This document shows positions 38,901-48,066 of a stretch of DNA of 64,000 nt, one piece after another. Numbering within the stretch: position 1 is the first letter of the stretch; every line of letters starts with the position of its first letter. The position numbers were made by a program, and so were the translations under genes. The stretch lies in assembly GCA_001643675.2 (NCBI GenBank), contig LSRY02000009.1:930001-994000 (forward strand), read 5' to 3'. The stretch is from Monocercomonoides exilis PA203 (Eukaryota; Protista; Preaxostyla). Under the pieces are notes generated by a model. That model ran no database searches. It was given only the letters and a program-made list of their open reading frames with translations, and had not been told where the DNA came from.

Positions 38901-39171
38901 GAACAAAAAGGAGAGACGAGAAATGGAATCTGGGATGGTACTGAGGGATGAGAAGTGCCTGATGAAGCCAGGTTTGAGTGAGGAAGAAGCTAAAAATTCT
39001 GTTGAATTCCCTTCCAGAGTAGACGAGCCTGATGAGGAGATGGAGGAACAGAAGTCACTTGGAGAACAATTCATTATTCGAACAAGATCACAAGCAAAAA
39101 AGGAGGAAGAGAGCAACAACGCAAAGAAGACGCACACTGTGGTAGTAATGATGGCTTCATCATCCAACTAA
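35722..39171 (+). CDS. DIRS tyrosine recombinase ORF with a long N-terminal extension overlapping all of pol in another frame
   Basis: C-terminal part (from ~37830): LFTACRFTELERV, LKT, ICPASAI, FTPYSIKAA, TLVKHYV. Start codon uncertain. Confidence 0.88.
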   Translation: MFRLLLENNQEHFKEDSVIPFLTQIHGFFGDTPGPQPPQEDSNSEEGGTRAVGAGDQGCVNNFRSNSQGNRAEEAHWRENRFVSLSMEANRRREIDKQWSSGHVEKQAVQESSQQSPVQRWSVSTQPTKDRGIQENIRRTVTNRSCYPNGAEGGQTQKQCISHSKEVRKLETDSRLSETKRSSEENTFQVRRRKNSRTANKTERLRSIPGLGTSLLFNSSFKRTNSLSCFQIHGKRLLLQRHAFRLCRCTAPVHTYNEEGDSGDKKKMGCQSRCLFGRSSFSASRSRSLEEHNTGDNRIFGKPRSADKQEEVQPHSEFAVQFPGIQMEHNQLRCLPYGGKKKGTERTVSLVGEKVFKSQDSQSEGFRIIRGKAQCNALRSFRRIFTPPIHLQIVAERSYDRRMGWNDEAECVNPPADKKMEMDVDEEPQTQTNSSVYSRSSAHHRCIRKLLGSNPQTKQNVTRLSQSLSIRGEKPIIQLQRTKSRGTCPNTFCTNPSRESDFTVATSFRQLSSCFQREQMECRKESPSNAQKDMDIEGETEDSPESSSSPRIAKHKSRCFFPPGKSRRLQHCRQRAQRNLVCSSSYSNAGRLCSSAQPQGRSLVRNWKPIGRRRSSISMEERVRSGTPPNSTDSNDDSEGTEGESTSSITPAELEGAELGCAIGEDASSDIRMEESENSTEKGSINGKHRCMSSSRQVKSHIDQSTRVKGESWWRRALEERSFPVSLAEECISGIAQSTWDGYLFGFAHFGEQWEKSDMGIIPEDIHEWAARCSSIFITLRDNGMKLSCLQLIRSAVSFFTSLVYNTNLGDIPIIKILFRGFRRTERTRKKKVQEIWNPKTILTFFSNLGENQSLSFKHLTMKAIVLTMLFTACRFTELERVDMERSRFEQEGIYLDTRLKTSLNRTEIAVPFLNESPSICPASAIQVLWEEIKKREPDGNKLFLNTETFHPLTVKGIRRLAKETLKEAGIPGHFTPYSIKAATLSTLTMSGIPPTQIAKFARLSPRTDTLVKHYVKANLASTLGKVIASTMNVHSEELANNPCAENGVKMCVRPDRDQKNKKERREMESGMVLRDEKCLMKPGLSEEEAKNSVEFPSRVDEPDEEMEEQKSLGEQFIIRTRSQAKKEEESNNAKKTHTVVVMMASSSN
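35876..37816 (+). CDS. DIRS pol: reverse transcriptase - RNase H - adenine methyltransferase-like domain
   Basis: ILDCRKLN, SLDLEQAY, MPFGFVDAPRLFT, AYLDDLL (RT); TDAS, FRELKAV, RSDNSAVV, NTRADAFSR (RNase H); LDVFAAQHN, LAHPPIPLI, VLLLPNW (MT-like). Start codon uncertain. Confidence 0.93.
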   Translation: MEQETRGASTILGPIHKETEQRRHIGGRTALFLSAWKRIGGEKLISNGVQAMWKSKQSRKALSRAQFRDGACLLNQQKIEEFKKILEEQLRTGVVIPMEQREVKHRNNVFLIQKKSGSWRQILDCRKLNAAVKRTHFKCDGEKTVERLIRRKDYAVSLDLEQAYYLIPVSKELIPYLAFRFMGKDYSFKGMPFGFVDAPRLFTHIMRKVTAEIRRRWDVRVVAYLDDLLFLHQDQEVLKNIIQEIIVFLESLGLLINKKKCNLIPSSQFSFLGFKWNTTSFDVCLTEERKKALRELCRSWERRCLRAKTVRVKDFASFVGKLSATRFVLSDASLHLQSIYKLLQKGVTTGGWDGMMKLNASILLQIRKWRWMLMKNPRRRLTPVFIPEAALTTDASESSWGATLRLNRMSLDCHSRFPFAVKNQSSNFRELKAVELALTHFAPILAENRISQLQLRSDNSAVVFNVNRWNAGRNLRQTLKRIWILKEKLKIVLRAVHLPGSRNTRADAFSRLERAGDYSIADSELKEILSVLQVTPTLDVFAAQHNHKVDRWCGIGSPLGEDGLAYPWKNECVLAHPPIPLIPMTIRKAQKERVPVVLLLPNWKGQNWDVLLEKTPHQTFEWRSLRTVLRKGPSMASTGACLPPGR

Positions 39172-39176
39172 TTGAT

Positions 39177-39277
39177 TCTCTCAAACAAGAGAAGGAATTG
39201 ATGAAACACTTTCTTGATAATTAAGGTGCTTATGCACTTTAATTAAAAAAGAAAGTGGAGAATCAATTCCTTCTCTT
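39177..39277. repeat. DIRS internal complementary region (ICR)
   Basis: First part is the reverse complement of the 5' terminus (34894-34961), second part is the reverse complement of the 3' terminus; they join at ttt-aatt-aaa (39238-39247). Confidence 0.92.
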
Positions 39278-42144
39278 TGCCCACCACCGTTTTCACTCCC
39301 ACCCTTTGAAGTTCTGTTTTCAAAACTGTTCGTGTTTTTTGCAGTTCCTTCTCTTTGCGCCTTTTGGTTTTATAAGCGCAAAGTGGTTTTTTTCCCAATT
39401 CACCAAAACACACAAATGGGCGACTGACCCATAGATTGTGGCGTCTCTCAAACAAGAGAAGGAATTGATTCTCCACTTTCTTTTTTAATTAATATTTTGT
39501 GACTTTTCAAAAAAAATACCCAATATCTTAATCAACTTTTCAAAAAAAAAAATCCAGCCAATCTGATAGGACTGCTGAGTTAGGTGGTCATATCTCTGAT
39601 GATATCGGTTTATTTCTTTGATTTTTTATGATTGTTTGTTCTTGTTGCGCTTCCTCAATCGAAAGAAAATCAAGTTAAGTTTTATCACAACGAATCAAAA
39701 ATGCTCATTTTCAACACAATAAATAAACAAATAAATAAATGTCAAACAAATAAAATCTCAGAAATAATGCTTCTTCCATTTTATGCTCTGACATACTCTT
39801 CTGTTCTTCATGACATTTTATTTGAGAATAGAAAAGATGAAACAAAAAAAAATCTCGACAAAGGAAATCGAAAATTTTATTCAAATAACAAACTTTAACG
39901 TACAATTTTCTTGTCTTCTTTTTCATAGTTAACATCTTTTTTTTCATTCCATTCCTTTCAACAGTGAAGCAAGAAAAACAAACAATTCATTCTAAAATTG
40001 AAAACAATTATCAAAATGGCAAAATCTTTGAGTTTATGAATAAAAGCGAATTCATTTGCACATTCAATTAACATTTTTCATGTGCGTTTCATGAGCATAA
40101 TCAAATAAATGTTTTGTGTTATTCAAAGGTTTGTGCCCATCATCAACCAAATTTTTATTTCCAACAAAAGGATTGAAACACATGTTATTGTCGACTTCAA
40201 TATTTCTACAAGCACTGAATTGGATTTCAATTCCACAGATAAATAAAATTTTAAATAATCATTGAATTATTATTCCATAAAAAGCAATTCATATTTATAT
40301 CATCAAAAAGAACCGACAAACTCAAGATGTTAGTTTTCATTTTTGAATATGATGATTTATGCAATTTATTTCTTGAGAATAACACCATAATTCGTTTTCT
40401 GATCTTAATGAAATGAAGGAAATAACTTTATTTTGCAGTTATCTTCTCTTATCCAATTATCATGTTCCAATAATATATATCTTATAAAATCATGTATCGA
40501 TGTTCTATGAGTGCAGAAACTTTTCTCAGGCAATATTTATTACAAATCAGTGAGATTCATTTTCTTTTCTGAAATTATTTTTGGAAACAGTTTTTCGTTA
40601 TTTTCCAACTTTTCTTTTTCTCCTCCCCGCTTCCCTATTCATTCTTGTGTTTTTTTCCGAATTTTCACAAATACAACAATTTCGAAAGTTAATACCATAA
40701 TCAACAAAATTCAAAACTTTTCCTCAACGATAAATGTCAACTTGATGAACAATTTCCTTTGGTGCAGTTTTTCCATCCGAATCTGTTCAAAGCTTTTCTT
40801 TTCCGTTCAACGCATGTGATGGAATCGATAAAGAAACCAGAACAGATCTGTATCGACAAATGTCTGTTCGCTTCTAACAAACACGTTCGAATCTTCAGCA
40901 AGTTGTTCATATTTAAAGTTGAAAGAGACTTAAGTTAAGATTGCTTTGATATTTTTTCTCCCCAAATATATTTCCCTCCGCTTGGCTGTATCATTCATGA
41001 ATAAGTTTCCATGTCAATAAAAAATGGCCGTCCAGCTGTAATTTGCCAGCACATTTCACACAAGAACATACCCCAACCTGGATGATCTTCAAACTCGTTG
41101 CCGCTGAACTTTCATCAGGCAGTTCTAAGACAGCACTCACTTGGAAGGTTCAATCCAATCATTCTTCTTGCAAAGCAGAATAAGAAATACGACGATTGGC
41201 AAGGCGTAAGATAGATAAAAACTGAAAGCACACATTCAGTATCGCTTTTTTTCAAACATATGCAATTTTTGATGATATGTTAATTTGTTATAAAGCTTCT
41301 GAAACATTCATTTGTTTTTTCTCACTTTTCAATTTTTTGTTGAATAACAATCAAAATAAAATGAATAATTTCTTTATTAACAAAAGCCTAACTTTTCTCT
41401 GTTAGAATCAGTGCTTCAATTGAAGATCGCGTTCAAAAAAGAAAAACAATCAATGGATGCAATATGAATAAAAAGAATTATGAAAAAAACAAACCAAATT
41501 CATTTCATATCAAAAAAAGTAATTAATATTTTGATGCGAAATGAATATAACGTTCGAATAAAAAATAAATGTCTATTCTCGCTATTTCAACAAATTTTTG
41601 TGAAAAAGATGAATAATAAATTATAATGGTATTATTTTTTTCATATTTTTTTTTTCATTTCTCGTGAATCTCGTATATCCTAAAATTTAAATGTACATGA
41701 TATATGTTTTGATGACTACGTTTAAAATTATTTAAAAATACGATAGTGATATGCTCAATGAATAAAAAAAAGATGAAGGCTCCGAAAATAATAAAAGATA
41801 GGTGGAAAAGTGTCTTTTTATTAAGAAAAGATGCATTCAACTCAACAAGAAAAAGATAGTCGTTTTTGCGAGTTTCAAGTTGCTTCAACAAAATAATAAG
41901 ATAAAATCAAGAATTAATTAATAACAAACGAGACTATGATTTTCAGGAATTATCCATAAGTCTATAATGTCTTAAAAGTGAAAAATATCAGAAATTGTAA
42001 ATATTTATCTTATTTAAAAAAATCGAAACTTTTTTAGGAAAGCAAAAATACAAATTATATTAGGAACCATAAAAAACAATAATGATAATACAATTAATGT
42101 TTGTGTAGATCTTGAATTGTTTGGAGAAAGGAACATCAACTTTA

Positions 42145-45100
42145 ATGTTTTTTTCATTTGTATTATTGCAAATTGCTCTTACCATTAATTCAGAAACAAT
42201 TGAACCCATATATGTAAAAGGAAGTGCTATTGATGATTCAGGAACAGGGACAAAGGATAGTCCAGTGAAAACTTTGAATACGGCATATACTAAATTCGAT
42301 GGCAAAGAAAGCGATGCAGTTTATACAATAAAAATAATCAAAACAGATGATCCTCAATTAGCTGAATCAATTACATTCAACAAACAAATCGGAGTGAAAG
42401 TTGTTGGCGTTTACATTAAGGAAGCAGATAATTCAGAGGAGGAAGCTGAAGTGCAGTTAGATTGCAAAATTCAAGTTACAGAAGATCTGATAAAGTGCAG
42501 GGAAACAGTTGAATTGAGTAAGATAGTATTCATCTTCACTTTTTCATTGGCATCTGCGGAAACAACTGAAACGCTATCATTGATCGCTGCAGAAGACGAG
42601 TCAAATTTGTTGAAAATTACAAGTTGCAAGTTCAAACGTCCTGATACAATTCCAGCAGATTCAATGGCAAAAATACACCTTATAAATGTGAAAGCAGGAG
42701 AGTTACAGATGAGTGAAGTACAATGCAGTGATGAAAATAATATGATAATGTTCAGCGTTGCACCTTTTTTGTTTGAAGGAGTTTCGTCTGTTTCATTAAC
42801 GAGTTGTCAATTTGGCAAAATAACATCTAGTGCCAGTTCGGTAATGAGAATCAAAAATACAAACAAAATTCAAGTTTCTTTGGACAGCTGCACATTCACT
42901 GAATGCAAGTCAACTGAAGCAGCAGCTAGTGCAACAAGCGGAGCACTTTATGTTGAAAGTGACGCAACAGATAGTGAATTCACAATTGGAAATACAGGTG
43001 CAACAACATTTACTTCATGCACCTGCGAAAATGGCAAATCAGGAGCAATACATTTGAATATGAAAAAGATAACAGCTGATAAATTAACTTGGCCAAAAAC
43101 AGAAGCGAATTTAAAATTCATAACTTGCACGGTTGGAGCTGCAGCTACATCTAAAAATACATCTTTATATTTAGATGTTAAGGTTGAACTTCATTCAGAA
43201 TTTGCTGCTGCAATGAAAGCTAGCTTTGCGAATGGATATGACAGAACGACACATAAAGATTATATCATGGCAAAAAAAACAGAAACCGAAGATATCGATC
43301 TTGTTTCAGAATATATTGACCCAGCTCCAAAGGAGGTGAAAACTTTTTATGTCAAAAGTGGTGCAACTGAAGGAGATGGATCAGATACAAAACCATGGGC
43401 CAACATAAAAGATGCCTATGATCATTTTACTGAACCAAGCGAAGGTGGTTTCTTCATTGAGATCATGAAAACTGATGGAGAAGGTGGGGCATTGGTTGCA
43501 GAGGTGAATACATTTGACAAAGCAACAGGGGTGACAATTGAGGGATATCAAACTGATGTTAGCAATATTGTAAAAATTGATATCAACTGTCAAACTGCAG
43601 AAGGAAAAGATATGTTCACATGCAAGAAAGCTGTTGCATTCAAATATCTGAAAATGACCTTCCCGTTGACATTTGATAAAAAAGGGGCATCAATGTCAAA
43701 TGATGGAACATTGGCACTTATTCATGCTGATTCGGAATCGACATCTCTGGCCATTGACACTTGCGAATTTGTGAGAGCACCAAAGGAGACAGGAAAAGAT
43801 TACATTGCTAATATTCACGTTGTGAATGTGGATGCTGGAGCTGTTTCAATGAACGATGTTAAATGTACTGGTGCAGAAGAATTGACATTTTCAGTCACAC
43901 CATTCAAAGTTGAGGGAGTGACCTCTGTTTCATTAACCTTGCTGAACATTGAAAAGTTGAATTCCAAACAAAGTGCTGTGATGAAAGTTGTGGGAAAAGC
44001 TGATGAAGTTGTCACAGTTGTGATTGACAGATGCACATTTTCAAATTGCATTTCAAGTGATGAATCCACAGCAACAAGCGGAGCATTGCATGTTGAATGT
44101 GAAAACAAAGGGAGCAAATTTTCAGTGAAAGATAAAAGTGCAACATCATTTTCATCATGCAGTTGCACAAAAGGAAAATCAGGTGCTTTGTATCTGAAAA
44201 TGGCAAATATTGAAAAAGCAAATCAACTGTCATGGCCCGAAACAAAAACTGATGATAATTTTAAATTCACTACTTGCACAGCAGGTGAAGGAGATAACGA
44301 AAAGAGTACAGGAATATATTTGGATGTGCCAGTTGCCCTTCATAAAGATATTGCAGACACAATGAAAGCGGGATTTGCAACAGGATATGTCCGAGGAACA
44401 AATGACTGGAATATTGTTGCCAACAGTGAAGATGGAGATGTTGACTTCACTTCAAAATACTTCAATCCAGCAATTGCATATGTGAAGAAAGATGGAAGTG
44501 GAAATGGAGAAACATATGAAACTCCAATGGGAAGCATTATAAACGCGTATAACGGATTAGTGGCAAAGCCAAGCATCTCTGGATATGTCATCAAAGTTAT
44601 CAAGGAAGAAGATGATAAAAAGATTCTGAAAGCAGAAGCTGTAACATTCGAAAAAGAAGTTAAGATTGTTGGAGTGAAACAAGTTCAAGAGGAAGGTACC
44701 GAAACGAAGAAAGAAGTTGAAGATATAGTCAGCCTTGATTGTGATGCCAAAAATGGAGGAGATTTGTTCACATGCAAAAATAAAGTTGAGTTCAGAGGAA
44801 TTTCCTTCTTGTTCCCATTATCATTGGATAAACCTAAGAATTCAAATGATGATCCAGTTATTAATTCATTGATTGTTGCAGAAGGTGCAGATGCAAAGTT
44901 GAACATTGTGAACTGCAAATTTGTCAAATCAAAAACAGAAACATCATCAAATGATGGTGAAGAAACAGTTGGAATCCATCTTGTGAAAGTGAGTGCAGGA
45001 ACGTTGACAATGAACACTGTTGAATTCAAAGAAGCTAATGAAGTGAAATTCCAAAAGTCAATGTTTGTTATTAATGGTGCTTCTTCAGTCAAATTAGATA

Positions 45101-45750
45101 AAGTTGATATCGAGAAAGTGAGTGTGGTTGATGAGGCAGCAATCATCATTCAAGATGCAACTGATAAAGCTATGAATGTCAAAATCGAAGAGTTGACCAT
45201 GAACGAGGTGAAATCAGAAAAGGGATTGTCAGCAGGTGTTAAGATCAAGATGGTTGATAGTGGTTCAAATGTTGAAATGGGAAAAGATAAGAAATGTTCA
45301 TTCAAATCGTGTGTTGCAACAGCAGGTAATGCAGGAGCAATTACCATTGAGATGAAAAAAGCAGTTGATCATTTGAAACTTCCGGGTGAAGGCAAACTTG
45401 AGTTAGGTGAAAACAAAGGGAAAGATTCATCGGTGGCATCGTTGTGCATCATTGCAGAAGACTTTGATGACTTCTGCAAGAAGGGTGATTCATTTGGGTT
45501 TGCTAAGGATTACAACGATGATAACAAAGGATGGATTGTGGGAGCAAAAGATGAAAAATCTGACCTTGAAGATGTGTATGAGAAATACTTGAAGAAAGAG
45601 GAACCGAAAGAAGAGCCAGAACCAGAAAAGAAGAAGTCAAATGCAGGAACAATTGTTGCAATAGTTGTTCCTATTGTTGTTGTGGTGATTGTTGTGGTTG
45701 TGGTGATTATTGTAATTGTTGTTGTAAGGAAGAAGAGGTCTCGCAACTAA
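42145..45750 (+). CDS. 1201-aa type I membrane/surface protein: signal peptide, three ~380-aa Cys-containing beta-helix-like repeats, C-terminal TM helix and short basic tail
   Basis: ATG 42145 (MFFSFVLLQIAL); repeats start IYVKGSA, FYVKSGA, AYVKKDG and carry SGALY/SGAIHL/AGAITI motifs; TM segment IVAIVVPIVVVVIVVVVVIIVIVVV then RKKRSRN. Confidence 0.88.
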   Translation: MFFSFVLLQIALTINSETIEPIYVKGSAIDDSGTGTKDSPVKTLNTAYTKFDGKESDAVYTIKIIKTDDPQLAESITFNKQIGVKVVGVYIKEADNSEEEAEVQLDCKIQVTEDLIKCRETVELSKIVFIFTFSLASAETTETLSLIAAEDESNLLKITSCKFKRPDTIPADSMAKIHLINVKAGELQMSEVQCSDENNMIMFSVAPFLFEGVSSVSLTSCQFGKITSSASSVMRIKNTNKIQVSLDSCTFTECKSTEAAASATSGALYVESDATDSEFTIGNTGATTFTSCTCENGKSGAIHLNMKKITADKLTWPKTEANLKFITCTVGAAATSKNTSLYLDVKVELHSEFAAAMKASFANGYDRTTHKDYIMAKKTETEDIDLVSEYIDPAPKEVKTFYVKSGATEGDGSDTKPWANIKDAYDHFTEPSEGGFFIEIMKTDGEGGALVAEVNTFDKATGVTIEGYQTDVSNIVKIDINCQTAEGKDMFTCKKAVAFKYLKMTFPLTFDKKGASMSNDGTLALIHADSESTSLAIDTCEFVRAPKETGKDYIANIHVVNVDAGAVSMNDVKCTGAEELTFSVTPFKVEGVTSVSLTLLNIEKLNSKQSAVMKVVGKADEVVTVVIDRCTFSNCISSDESTATSGALHVECENKGSKFSVKDKSATSFSSCSCTKGKSGALYLKMANIEKANQLSWPETKTDDNFKFTTCTAGEGDNEKSTGIYLDVPVALHKDIADTMKAGFATGYVRGTNDWNIVANSEDGDVDFTSKYFNPAIAYVKKDGSGNGETYETPMGSIINAYNGLVAKPSISGYVIKVIKEEDDKKILKAEAVTFEKEVKIVGVKQVQEEGTETKKEVEDIVSLDCDAKNGGDLFTCKNKVEFRGISFLFPLSLDKPKNSNDDPVINSLIVAEGADAKLNIVNCKFVKSKTETSSNDGEETVGIHLVKVSAGTLTMNTVEFKEANEVKFQKSMFVINGASSVKLDKVDIEKVSVVDEAAIIIQDATDKAMNVKIEELTMNEVKSEKGLSAGVKIKMVDSGSNVEMGKDKKCSFKSCVATAGNAGAITIEMKKAVDHLKLPGEGKLELGENKGKDSSVASLCIIAEDFDDFCKKGDSFGFAKDYNDDNKGWIVGAKDEKSDLEDVYEKYLKKEEPKEEPEPEKKKSNAGTIVAIVVPIVVVVIVVVVVIIVIVVVRKKRSRN

Positions 45751-46794
45751 AAAATGAAAAGTCAGAGCGTTAACTGTTGCTGATGTGCTATATAAAAAAA
45801 GTAAAAGGCTTATTTTTTTCTTTTATTTTTTTTTTAGAATTAAGTTAAACCCGTGATGCTGATGTTTTGAGTTTTATTATGCTTGTTTGTTATCAACAAA
45901 CATGCTATCTTCTATCTGTTTCCGTCTTTTCTTTTCTTTTCCTTTATCTATTGATAAAATTATTTTATTGGTTTTTTTTTATGGCTAATTGCCATACACT
46001 ATTATCATCATCTTGGCTGTTGACAGTCTTTGATGAATATATTAGCAAAACTTTTCAAAATATTTTTAATTTTTGAAGTCCTATTTGACTTACCGTGCAT
46101 TTGTCGTTCAAAGCTAAAGTTTGGGCTTTTGAAATAAACTTTTGATCCTTGTTAATAAATAAGAATGAATATAGAAAAACATAATTGCGATAATTTTTTT
46201 TTTGATGAAATATAGACTTTGATAATTGTTTATCGGAAGTTGATTGAATTTTTTTAAAAAACAAATGTTCTGTAATGATGAAAAAAAGTTATCAATTTGT
46301 TGCATTCGAAAATAATATCAAAAATTATTTTATGAAAAGAGCAAACGATTTTTAATACTGTTTTATTTGCATAATTGTGATTTGATTGCCAACTTAATTT
46401 GTTTGAAAACTTCTTCTTTCTTCATATTTTTTCGGTGAATCACTTGTTCATATCGAATTATTGAACATTTTCTTTTTAAAAAAAAAAAGACAAAGCACTT
46501 TGATTTCAAATTACAAGCAATCATATGTTGGAAAAAGATGAAAATTTTCGGAAACTTGCATCCATGCATAATGCGATCAAAGTTGACTGACAATTCACAA
46601 AAGATTCGTAATTAATCCATTCGCAATGCTTGCAATATTTGATTTTTATTCTCTTTTGTCTTTCATTTTTTGATAATCGTTCGAGTTTCAAAAAACTGAA
46701 ACAACTATTTGACTCATACTGTTTTGTTTCAAAATGAGCCATATTTTTCCGAAAGAGTTTATTGACAAATCACACACGTCCATTGCTGCCCTGT

Positions 46795-47390
46795 TTACAA
46801 GAAATCTGTCTCATAATTAATTGCTCCGGGAGTTTTTGAGACACATCCCACACACCAAGTGAATGAATTCGCCCCATTGTCTGCTATTTGCTGTCTCCCT
46901 GGTTTCGATGGATTCCCCTCACTCCCATTGACTGCAACATTCTGAGACCGATAGCATCTGACAAATGAGGTGTTTGAGGCAGCCAATGAAGATGAGGGGC
47001 TGTTGAGCGAGGGGACAATGCCCCCATCATACACATCCCACACCGACACAAATTCACATCCACTCATCAGAAACGAGGTTTGGCCCAGTCCTTCACCCTG
47101 ATGTGTTGTTTTCGATGGATTTGTGGAGATGTTGAAGAAGGTCAGCTGGGTGAGTGTCACAAGGGGTGTCGAGGGAGGTGCCAGAAACGGGGCTGAAGAC
47201 ACAAAAAGATGAGAAATGTGACTCACTTACCAAATCATTCCCTCCTCCTCCAATTTCTTCTTCACTTTCTTCTCTTTTTCTGCCCCATCATTTCTTCTCC
47301 TCCAAACAACCTCTTTTAATTCATTTTTTCTCTTTTTATCCAGCTCAACAAAATATATCTCAATAACACCGGAAATTTATTTTTTTTATG
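46795..47390 (-). pseudogene. Fragment of a large surface-protein-like gene
   Basis: SGCEFVSVWDVYDGGIVPSLN, NTSFVRC, QQIADNGANSFTWC; similar to the fragment at 9903-10157 (QQIADSQENSFSEC); truncated. Confidence 0.45.
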
Positions 47391-47769
47391 TCTCTTCTTC
47401 TGGTAATTTTAATTTTCTTTGGATAAATGAACATTTTCTCTATCGTTGAAGAAGTTAGCAATAATCGAATTAAGCTTTCAACTTCAGATGTTGAGAAATG
47501 CTCTTCTTTTTCTCATTTTTTTAAACATTTCACAAATTACTTGTACCAATTTTTTGAAAAAGAAAATGACTAATATTTAAATGTTTGAGTGAGGGGATGA
47601 CTAAAAACAACCATATGGCTGATTTTTCTTTTTTTTCATGAAAAAAAACGAAGTGTTATCAAAAAATATATTCATAAAGGGACTGGTTGGTTGGAAAAAT
47701 AAAAGTTATGAATGTTCAAATTCTTTTTTTCGTATAATTAATGTTATATATTTGTTGCTTTGAATAAAA

Positions 47770-47807
<38 letters not shown>

Positions 47808-48066
47808 TTTATGATTTAATGAAGAATGATAAATCGAATGAAAAGTGATTCTTTACAAAATTTATTTAAATATTCAATAAGATAGTTCAAGTTATTTATC
47901 TTTCCATATATTTTGTCCATCAGTTATAAGAACACATAAATTTCTTTTCTTCTTTTTTTCCCCCAGTCAATACCTAATTTTGCTGATCTATTAATTTTGC
48001 ATGATAACGTTACTGAAAATTGAATTTGTGAGGAAATCTAATTCATAATTATTACTGATATAAAAA

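Larger units (their letters stand above)
34894..39492 (+). mobile_element. DIRS1-type tyrosine-recombinase retrotransposon, structurally complete
   Basis: gag-like, RT/RNaseH/MTase and YR ORFs; ITRs 34936-34986 / 39419-39469; ICR 39177-39277; bounded by AATTAA at 34894-34899 and 39487-39492. Confidence 0.95.

Noticed and set aside
34894-39492. LTR retrotransposon or prophage integrase
   Set aside because: No direct LTRs, protease or DDE integrase; ITR + ICR + YR is the DIRS1 layout.
40500-41200. Possible decayed membrane-protein gene on the minus strand
   Set aside because: Too fragmented to support a call.
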